Shown here: positions 1-9,948 of the stretch, in pieces | Numbering within the stretch: position 1 is the first letter of the stretch | Layout of the letters: each line of letters starts with the position of its first letter | Notes under the pieces: model-generated | Database searches by the model: none | What the model saw: the letters and a program-made list of their open reading frames with translations, nothing else | What the model was told of the DNA's origin: nothing | Origin: Tubulanus polymorphus | Lineage: Eukaryota > Animalia > Nemertea | Reading direction: 5' to 3' | Assembly (NCBI RefSeq): GCF_964204645.1 | Contig: NC_134032.1 | Coordinates: 10,280,275 to 10,344,274, forward strand | Length of the DNA stretch: 64,000 nt | Position numbers and translations under genes: made by a program

Positions 1-669
1 TTTATTAACCGGAACAATCCTGAAAAAAAATGAATAAAAATAAACACATATTTCTACTCTGACTACAAACTTAGTCAATCTTTCAGACCTACATTAAATA
101 AGATAGCAATAACAGAGGTGGATTAAGTCCCCCTATTTTTCCAAGATAACATATTATGGCACACTTTAATTTTGTTTTCGAATATTCACTCCTTTTGTAG
201 TCGGCACCAAGGACGACGTTTTTTTTAATGATTCTTCAATAATGAAAATGCCATATACGGTACTGACACGTGAGTATCGTTGGAAGCTTACAACTCCAGC
301 TACATGGAACTGAATTTCGTGTCCACGGAAACCGGTGCATTTCTTTCTTTCCTTCTTAACAGGTCGCGTTGGTCGAGAGCCCCGACAGGCGTTAATTGCC
401 CCTTTGGGACTCGCTCTTCGAGTGCCGGTACTATAATGTGCTTACAACGAAGTTTTTGGGGTTATTCTAAATATCCGGATCTTTGCCCCTGAATAACGGA
501 ACCTTTTCCATATATAAACTAGGTGATTTCAAACTAAGTGGTGTGCTAAAATAGTCTCCAGACAGGCCTATGCATGACCCTAAAGAGGTCCATGTTCGTC
601 TTGCTTTAGGCCTACATAGATCGGATCTACTAAAGACTAACATAATCTCGGATTATTCATCTAACAAAG

Positions 670-1247
670 TTACGGCCTTTCTTGTGTTGCCCGACACTCT
701 GAAAACAGCCAGTTCGTAATTAACACTTGTACAGTTTCATTTACCCCTCCATTCTCTTCTCGCATGGTACGACAGATACATTCAGGCTTGTCGTTATCCG
801 CGGAGCATTCCTGGTCGGCGTAAAATCGGCACAGTTCGACGCACTCGTCCTCGGTGAGCCCAGTACAGCTTTGTTTACAGAAGCCATCGTCTCCTCGGCA
901 AGTCTCATCAGCAATCTCACAGAGAGACACGCACGACGCATCTGGTCCACTGGGGCCGTTGCATTTTGTTTCGCAAGATTCCAACGCCCAAGCGTCAAGA
1001 GCCAAATACCCTAAAAAGATACGGCCAAACATTTCAGAAAGAAACTTCGGACATGTTTAAGGAGATGGCTTCATGAATCCCCTTTGACATCAACTAACTA
1101 CCTCTCTGCAGCACCAGCCATGATTCATTAAAAGGATTAGATCACAATTAAGTAAATTAATGGTGTCATAGGGGGAAGTCGACCGATCATGTGCCTACCT
1201 AGAACTACTAATCCACAAATTGCGCATAAACTTTTTCGAGAAGCCAT
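670..1247 (-). CDS. Small secreted Cys-rich protein, paralog 1. Coding exons 1199-1247 and 670-1010; a probable non-coding exon 1 ends near 1357
   Basis: ATG at 1247 gives MASRKSLCAICGLVVL, then a phase-1 donor G|GTAGGC and acceptor ttttag|GG at 1010. The spliced signal peptide is MASRKSLCAICGLVVLGYLALDAWA. The mature part has 13 Cys with repeated CX3C motifs. The copies at 4038 and 7971 have the same structure. Confidence 0.8.
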
Positions 1248-2699
1248 CTTCTTTTCTACAAGACCGCTGAAAAAGACACGAAAACGAGTAACTGGGGAAG
1301 ATTGATTGCAGCATAAATCATTCTTTATAGATAAATTATCATGAAATGATACTTACATTTAACAAGTGAAGAAATGTAGTTGTTCAGTGCTATCGTTGCC
1401 TGGGTCTCAACTGAAGTGAGGCACTAGAGATTACGGAACACTCTTGATTTTCTGGAACAAGCTGCATTTGATGGTATCGATATGTACATAAAAAGTTCAT
1501 ACATGCCCATATTGATATAGCTCTACGTATGAGATTTTCATAAGTTTCTATACATTCGCGGCTTATGCATGCATACATACGTACGTACGTGTACATTGCC
1601 TTTAGCGATATGGAACTTAAAGCTTTGAACAGAAATTTCTGCATCAGATCTGCCTTTTCGGGCCTCATGTCATCCCATAAGGATCATCTATTGTAACCAC
1701 CTATTGTATCATATTATGTAGTACAGCTTCTTTTTCTCTCTCTTATGCTGCAACCACCATGACACGTAGACACAAACATATCAGTTGATAATAATATCAA
1801 GACAGCGTTTTCTTGTGTTCATCATAGCCTAGAGAACACCATGACAGTTATAACGGTTCTGTAGAGCATCGGTAAATTCTCGTTCAATTTTTTAAAGAAA
1901 ATGGAATTTGAAAGACGTAATTTCTATTTCAAAGAATCAGTACATATTACTAGGCCGAACATATCTATTTATTCTTTATTTGTCATCTGGAAAACCGGAA
2001 ATCAGTATCAATTTTACACGGGTTCTAAAACCTCGCACAAACTGGTTATCATCTATCGGCATCCAGGCCACTAAAATACAAATAGGCCGGGGCTGAAACT
2101 AAACTAGGACTCGTAGTTACCGTCCGTTCATATAGTATCCATCTAAAACGCGGAATCAGTACCAGACCTGTTTCCAACCTGGTACATCCCTGGTTACTGA
2201 TCGGAGATTCCTAGACATTGTTGTAGAGTCACCAGCACTCACTGGTGCTGTAGCAGAATTACAAATACACTACGGTGCTGAATGGGGAGGGACAAACCAA
2301 GGTGCCAAGGATCGAACCCGTTCTATAGATAGTGCACGGTAAATCGCTGCTAGGAGAAAAACTCGCGGACAATAAATAAAGATACTTAATTTCTAAGTTT
2401 AATAAGAACCTATTACGATTTTTTAACTTATCAATAGCTTATTCGTTAGATATTTCAAAACCATTTTCTTTTAGATAATCCATCAATAAGTACATCATAT
2501 TTATTTACATACTTTTACTAAACCCTCGCCTGCCAGATAAAGAATCCATCGACTGCCACAGTAGCTTTCTCAACTCGACCTCCTATTGCTATACACAAAT
2601 ATCTATGAATTCTTTACAAAGGATCTATTGTGATATTAGTTCAGTGAAAATCCAAAAGAGGGGGTAGAACATCGAAATAGACTTTAGACCCCAGCATTA

Positions 2700-2910
2700 G
2701 CATCATGATCACTAGGAATCATGTCCACCAATAGACCCGGTTCGAATCTAGGACACCGGGCGTGTTGATCGCCGTAGACCCAGGGTTAGAATCTATCCCG
2801 CTAGAATTCAGATAAGTTTATTTGTGAACGGCTTAGCTAGCTGCGGGGGAAACGGGGTTGGACACGTCAACTAATATACTTAGGCAGGTTTCGAGTTCGA
2901 ATCTACGAAG
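2700..2910 (+). repeat. Degenerate tandem tRNA-like (B-box) repeat, duplicated at ~5910-6170
   Basis: Several GGTTCGAATC/GGTTAGAATC motifs at ~45-100 bp spacing. The block ~2700-3080 aligns by eye with ~5965-6560. Confidence 0.5.
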
Positions 2911-3259
2911 TTTTAATCATTGGGGCCGGTCCAATTTGCTAAGATGTCTTCTTCTCACAGGCCCCGGCACCATCGTACTTTTTTTTACAAATCATCTAGA
3001 TTACGAAACATTTTTCAGGTGCCAATTAAGTTTGAAAATAACGCAACCATACGATTCAAATATCTTTATTTTGCATTAGTTACTATCTCATCAGACATGA
3101 AAATAAGAATTAGTGTTTTAATCGAATCCACCTTCACGCCTTCAATTATTTCAAACTCCAAAGAGGTAGATGCTAAGTTGGTATCGTGTAATTTCGAATC
3201 TAACAATTAACAATTCTGCAAAGTCCGAAAACGTTTCCTATAGTGCTAGTAATTTAGTC

Positions 3260-3293
3260 GGCGTTTCGACTATATTCTAATAGTCATCTTCAG
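3260..3293 (-). ncRNA. Degenerate minimal hammerhead-ribozyme-like core (Penelope-type)
   Basis: The minus strand reads CTGAAGA-T-GACTAT-tagaat-ATAGTC-GAAAC-GCC, i.e. CUGANGA, stem II and GAAAC. The cleavage triplet and stem I look degenerate. Confidence 0.45.
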
Positions 3294-3354
3294 CAATATA
3301 ACTCGGACTTTGTCCATCGATAACATTGCGGGATTCTCAATTGCTCGTAGGTTT

Positions 3355-3467
3355 CATCCTCCCTCGGCAGGGATTCGAACCTGATCATGGCATCGCTACA
3401 CTCAGCCGCGGCACGAACCGTGGCTATCTCGATGCCATCAGGTTCGAATCCCCGCCGAGGGAGGATG
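3355..3467. repeat. Inverted repeat made of two tRNA-like B-box arms
   Basis: CATCCTCCCTCGGCAGGGATTCGAACCTGAT ... ATCAGGTTCGAATCCCCGCCGAGGGAGGATG, with one mismatch over 31 bp. Confidence 0.85.
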
Positions 3468-3479
3468 GGTCCGTTAGTC

Positions 3480-4038
3480 CATCGTTCATTTACCTTACTA
3501 TTCTCCTCCTATCGCATGGCATCGAGGATACATTCCGACTGGTTGTCGCTCGCCTTGCATTTCCACTCGGCGTACGAACGACAAAAGCCATCAGCTCCAT
3601 CACACGCGTCAAAAGCAATAATACAGAAAGACTGACATGATTTTCTATCCTCGGCAAGTTGACACTTTCCTACACAAAACATTCCCCAAGAATCTTTTTG
3701 CGCGCATGCGCCAATCACCAAATACCCTACAACAATACACCAGAAATTTCGGAAAAGTTTGAAAACCCGATGGTTTCATTAACCCCATACGACATCCTCA
3801 AATTACTCCTATAGACACTTCCAGAAAAAGATGTTTGCCTCCATAAATCCCCCTCCTACGACAACGTCCATCTACACCCCCGTCCTGAAGGTTCTTTCAA
3901 AAACATTTATCAACAGATTGAATCACCAAGGTAGGTAATCTAATGATGTCATTATGGGCTAGTCGACCAATCATATGTACCTACCTAAGACTCTACCAAT
4001 CCACAAATGACGCGAAGACCTATTTTTCCTGTAGCCAT
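3480..4038 (-). pseudogene. Cys-rich secreted protein paralog 2, disabled
   Basis: The signal-peptide exon 3985-4038 has 2 extra nt and ends GTA GAG TCT TAG. The second exon, from 3726, has an in-frame TAG at 3509-3511 (MR*EENSKVNE, against MREENGGVNE in paralog 1) and lacks one Cys module. Confidence 0.7.
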
Positions 4039-5392
4039 TTTTTTCGCTGAAAAAGACAGGGAAACGGGAGTAACCGGAGTAAACGGGGAAGTTAGAGAAA
4101 ATTGAATGCTGCATAAGCCAAGACCATTCTCTGAATATTAATGTCATTAAGGTAATACTCACATTCGATAAGAGGAAAAAAGAGTTGTTCAGTGCAGTCG
4201 TCGTTGCCTGGGATTGAACATGAGTGAAGTGCTAGAGATTTTGAAAAGCCAAATAAATGCACCTGCATTTGATGGTTGTGACGTGTACATAAAAATTCCT
4301 TTGTTCATAGAAATTACTTCATATATTTTAAAAATACTTATTAATCATATGATTTCAGAACTTTCTATACATTCAAGGCTTATGTTGTATGTATATTTGA
4401 AATTTTGAACTGAAATTTCATAGTATTATCACTGATCTGTTCGGCTCTGGGATCCAGTTTCAGTGTTGTAAATTAGATTCATACTATGAGTCAGAATTAG
4501 TTTGTTTTTCAATGGGCTAATTCTGTGGGGCATACCCGAAATTCAGACGCATCTATGTTTCGACGCTTCGATACTTCATCGCTGATAATGGGATATTGGC
4601 AACTACAGATGGCGTGACGAGCACTCAAATGATTGCGTAAAAAACTACTTAAATCTAAATACCTTTCGGAACCTTGATGTTTTTAAGAGATCCAACTTTT
4701 AAACTGGCTAAATTTATCAAATTTCGTAGGTCTAGATGTAAATAGATCCCTCCGGTAGTATGGAAATAGTATGTCGTAAATAACGTTCGTTATGTTTTCT
4801 GTTATTTCCTGTTTCTTTAAATAATTGTAAATACTGTTTTCCTCCATATACCATGGAAATGGTTGGAGTGTAATTCGTATTCGTATTGAGCTTTCCTAAC
4901 ACCTTTTTATGTAAAATTTTACAATTACTTAATGCTGTGAATAACAATATCCTAATTGAACTCACTAGATTAGTAAATGTTGGCCTCAAGTTACTCAAGT
5001 AAATTTCATGTATACGTATATATTATACCCATTATTATTCTATTCCATGTGTATTTTTGTTTTCATGTTTTAAGTTTTGTAAATAATACATTTTCATTGT
5101 ATAAATTGATCTAACCTGTAACTCTATGTACCAATGTTTGGTTAGAGAGAAATAAACCATCATATTCTAATTTATTCTGAACTAAACCTAGAATCTACAT
5201 TACTATACATTGCGGAGAAAAGATAACACCTGTTTGACGCGTGCAAGGCTGAATCGACGTGGAGCATTAGTGCGGTGATATTTCAGTGAAAATCCAACAG
5301 AGGGGGTACAACATCGAAAAACCCTTAAGACCCCTGAGAAAATGACGAAAAACTTCCCGAAATGAAAATATACAGTGACATGAATACGTTGA

Positions 5393-5613
5393 TGAATTCG
5401 AAACATATTCAAATTACTCGTAAATTAATTAAACAGGCAACCTAATTATTTGTCTAACGTATTTGAACTTATTTCGAAACGACTGTTTCATTATCGTCTG
5501 ACACCAGTTTGATGGGTTTCTGGTGTGGAATTTCTACAATTCAGTCGTTTCTAAATAAGTTCAAAATACGTTGCCTGATGAATTGACAAGTAACTTGAAT
5601 AGATTTCGAATGC
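5393..5613. mobile_element. Imperfect inverted-repeat element (MITE-like)
   Basis: The arm AACGTATTTGAACTTATTTCGAAACGACTG pairs with CAGTCGTTTCTAAATAAGTTCAAAATACGTT, and looser outer arms extend the match. Confidence 0.55.
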
Positions 5614-7086
5614 AAAGGTGTATGCTGTACATTTAACTGGTTACCATCTATTCAGCGTCTTGGTAATGAATTATTTTCTCCACAAAAAATTTACAATTAA
5701 GAAAATATGTAAGGAAGATGGTTGATTTACAATATGGAGAGGGACAACAAGCAAGCTATAAAAGCCGAACACAACAACAAGTGCTGAGGCGAGGTGCCCC
5801 AGTGCGTCCACATACCAAAGAATCATAACAGTCATAGGCACGTGTTCGAACCTCAGGCACTTCTGTTTATCCGATCTATACAACATAAAGACCACTTAAA
5901 GTCACCGTCAACAGACTGGGTTCGAACTACCTCGCGAATCTCCTGTAGACTATGCATTCTGCATCAGGATCGCTAGGAATCACGCGTATCAGTGGACCCG
6001 GTTCGAATCTGAGACACCGCAGGTCGTTCTCTCTTAGCGCAGGTCCGGGGTTCGAATCTGTCCCGCCGGAATTCGGATCAGATTATTTGCCAACGGCTAG
6101 CTGTAACCAAAATGCTGTTGGGCTCAACTGATCTACTGATATAGGCAGGTTTTGCCGAGTTAGAATATGTCAAGTTTGTCCGATCGTTCACGTCTAGGGT
6201 CCGAATAATGCACCATGTTAACAAATAAAAACCCACAGTTAGGTCTGTAAAACAGTTTATTTTTCCGGCAGTATCGAAGCTTTAACTAAACCCCTTTTTC
6301 ACTGACCTAACTGTGGGTTTTTATTTGTTAACTCTACACTGAGATAGAAATCAGTTAATTGCAGTACTGCACCATGTATTAGTTCATTGATCTGGAGTTA
6401 GAATCTGCCAATATTGTCCTTTCCTCCTGAGCCTGGAGCCATCGTTTCTTTTTTTTGGTATTCCAAGGATCTTTTTATTTCAAAAATCATCTAGCTTGCG
6501 AAATGGTTTGTCAGGTTCCAATAACGCACTCGTTTTTGGGATAAAATATCTTTATTTTTCATTCGTAACTTATTGTACATCAAAAAACAGATCGAATTCA
6601 AATTTCAATTGATTTTTAGAGTTTTAGATTTTAAGTCGGAATCGTACAAGAAATTATCGAATTTTGCCACATCTTTTGGCGACGCATTCTATTCGTCGGA
6701 ACAATTCTGAAAATGAAATGAATTTAGAATATATATTTCTCCGACTAAATTTAGGCGTGTACTTAGGCCCCTATTTTCATCTGCAAAAAAACATTTTGTT
6801 TTAGAGTCACTCTAGATACTCATGGCATGAAATGGTAATTTTTTTCAAATTGTCGAGGGGAGGGCCACAAACCCTTCCGGCGCTCGGTGTTCGTGTACCG
6901 TAATGTATATACGACTTGGCATAGTTGGTTTCGGGACCCTCCTATTCTAGATTTCTGGATCCGGCTCTGAATACAAAACTTTTTTCCACGCTACGACCAA
7001 ACTAAATTCAAAACAATACTTACCGATAAAAAAGATTTCGAAATTTGAAATTCTAAACTCTGGTGGTAGCTGACAAGAAAAATACT

Positions 7087-7197
7087 GGGGCCAGTTTTAT
7101 AGACTGGTATCAACTTTAACCCGGGGCTAACTTCATTCATTTTCAATTGAGTTAACCCCCTGGTTAAAGGTAATACCAGTCTACAAATCCGAGCCCT
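7087..7197. mobile_element. Short palindromic MITE-like element (GGGGCC...GCCC type)
   Basis: GGGGCCAGTTTTATAGACTGGTAT ... ATACCAGTCTACAAATCCGAGCCC. Confidence 0.55.
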
Positions 7198-7364
7198 GTT
7201 GTTCTACTTAAAAAAATGTTTAAGGTTTGTAAATTCTATTTTGTAAATATCACTGTGCATCTCGACACAAATAGACCATTGGGTTAAAAATGAGCGCAAA
7301 TTATCGCAACAATGGGGACCTCGAGGGACCGCCACAAAATGGCGCCTAGAAACTGGAAACTTCT

Positions 7365-7971
7365 TTATTGAATTGAATTAAACCTCGCGACGGGTTTGCC
7401 TTTTTGGTGTAGTGAACAATATACACTGAAAGCAGCCAGGTCCTTTAGTACATTTTTACCCACCTCGCTATTCTCGAGGACGGATTTACGGATACATTCA
7501 GCCGTGTCAGCGGCTTCTATGCAATCAACATCGGCCCTTAATCGGCACAAATTAATGCAGAAGTCTACCTCGAGTTCACAGTGCTGTTTACAGAAGCCAT
7601 CGTTGCCCCCACAAGTCGCATCAGCAATCTCACAGCGAGACACACACTGGTTGCCGCCTGATACGATTTCACATTTTGATTCACAACTAATCACCTCCGC
7701 CCAAGCGCCAAGCGCCAAATACCCTACAACGATACACCCAAACATTTCATTGAAATAAAATTCGGACAAGTTTAAGAAAAGGGCTTCGTAAATCCCCTGT
7801 GATATCATCAAAATACGTACCACTCTGAAGCTTCTGCCAGAAATTGTTAACAAGATTAGAGGATAAGTGTAGGTAATTTAATGATGTCATAAGGGGAAAT
7901 CGACCGATCATGTGCCTACCTAGAACTATCAATCCGTAAATGACGCATAAATTAGTTTTTCCCAAAGCCAT
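7365..7971 (-). CDS. Small secreted Cys-rich protein, paralog 3. Coding exons 7920-7971 and 7365-7723; a probable non-coding exon 1 ends near 8076
   Basis: MALGKTNLCVIYGLIVL, phase-1 intron (G|GTAGGC ... gttgtag|GG), then GYLALGAWA-EVISCESKC...; 12 Cys in the mature region align with paralog 1. Confidence 0.8.
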
Positions 7972-8629
7972 CGTTTTTTCTTATAAGACCACTGAAAAGG
8001 ACAGGAAAACCAGTAACCGGGGATCTACAATCATTCTTTATGAATGAATCATCTTACGTATAAAGCGATACTTACATTTGAAAAGTGATGAAAAATAGTT
8101 GTTCAGTGCTGTTGTCGTTGCCTGGGACTGACTGATCTGGAGTGAAGCGCTATAGAGATTTTGAAAAACAAAATCCACCTGCGAAGCTGTGATTGATGGT
8201 TTCGACATGTACATCATAAGTTAACCGTTCACATACATGTAAATATATTATCCCGATATATTTTCAGAAATGTGTTCACGATTGCAGAAATTTCTATACT
8301 TTTACAGCTTATGTATGTACACGCCTATAAAATGATTTAGAACTTACAACTCAGAACTGAATAGTATCTGATCTGCAAGACTCCAGGAATCAGTTCCACA
8401 GTTGTGAGTTATACAGAAATTCAAGAGCGGTCTAAGATAAACATAACCAATCCGATAACTTAAGTTTTGTTTGATATTCTCGTCCCCCTTTTGGACTTAT
8501 GCCATGACTGTGCAACCGCCCCCTGGTTCTCGGTATACCCCCGCGAACATATTCGTTCGATAACAGAATTTGAAAGGCTTGCAATTTCCCAGATTCGCAA
8601 TTAACTCAGTGAAAAATCTTTAGTACATA

Positions 8630-8804
8630 CAGTGGAACCTCATTACAACGAACTTCACGGGACCAGAAAATCTGTTCGTTATAACCGATAGTTAAGTTAT
8701 ATCCAGTGTGAAATTAATTAAATGTTCTAACTAGGGACGAAATTCTATATTTGTTATATCCGATGAATCGTTTTATCAGAGTTGGTTGTAACGAGGTTCC
8801 ATTT
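8630..8804. mobile_element. Tc1/pogo-type MITE
   Basis: TA-CAGTGGAACCTCATTACAACGAAC ... GTTGTAACGAGGTTCCATTT-TA: terminal inverted repeats with TA flanks. Confidence 0.65.
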
Positions 8805-9948
8805 TATAAACGATTACTGCTTTCCATGATTCTCAGCTCAGTGACATATCTACAGTCCTAGCGCCACCTCGTTGTTTCTGTTGCTTTGAACATCTCGGTG
8901 AACTATTCGCGCCGGAATGTAGAATGAATTCTCACTGAAATCGCGTTTCTTTTCATAAATTTGTGTGTATTTCATCGTTAATCGTTTGAAACAAGACCAG
9001 AAAAATGCGGTTAACAAAATCATCAAATGCTTCAAATTTTCAAGTGAATAAGCGCCAATTTCTTCATTTCAAAAATGAAGATTACATTTCCGGCGATTAC
9101 GGAAAAAAGCTACAGTAGACTCTTCTTAACTCAGTGCTGGTCACAAGTCGGTTAGCTGCTCAGAGTCGAGGCGAATCTCACAAAAATTTTGGAATCTGAA
9201 AAAGATTTCCGGACAGACAAAGTTACGATTCTCTGATTTTCAACTCAGCAAAATATGTGTTCCAGCGCTACCGAATAAGAAAAAAGTCTACCGCAGGGCC
9301 TACATACAAAATCATTCCTTTGAATCAATTTCAAGTTGGGCCATTTAAACATTCATCACATTCAATTTTCCATCATATCAATTTTCTTTCCATATTTATC
9401 CCAGAATTAAATTGTACATTATAACATATTGAAACAATTAAAAAAGCTAATTTATGCATACATGTATTATAAAATTTCACAAAAACTGCGGTGCAAAAAC
9501 ATATAATTCCATTTTACATTAACCAATTATAATACTTTGTTTTCTAGGTTAAAATAATAATCGTTTTAGCATAGAAAGTTGGCCAAGCCACTTACAAAAA
9601 TGGCCGCTTCCAATAAATCCCCTAAGACATCATCATTTTCTTCAGCGACCTCTTACTTTCCCTAATTCCCCCTAAATCATGTAATGTATTTGCCACAATA
9701 ACAACAAGAAAGCCTTTGAAGCGAGAAAACACGATTTGATGATGTCATAAGGTGATTAATGGAGGCGGCCATCCCATCCGTGTATATAAATCCTAATTCA
9801 TGAAATGCGCGAGAAGCCGAAGAGGTTATTGACGACGGTCTAAAAACTTACAAGGCGGCAGTTTGAAAAGTGCCGCAACGAAATTCTTGATTAGGAAAAT
9901 GTGTGGCAAAATTCAGCAACGAACAATAGATGTTCAAAATATTCTCAT

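Noticed and set aside
4550-4592. Third hammerhead-like motif on the minus strand
   Set aside because: The CUGANGA box is broken and stem II pairs poorly.
2290-6170. tRNA genes suggested by GGTTCGAATC motifs
   Set aside because: No complete cloverleaf could be built; they are treated as SINE-derived fragments.
7724-7853. N-terminal extension in the ORF track and the MFG starts at 7745 and 1032
   Set aside because: These lie in the intron. The conserved acceptor and upstream ATG exon give a better signal peptide in all copies, and paralog 2 lacks this ATG.
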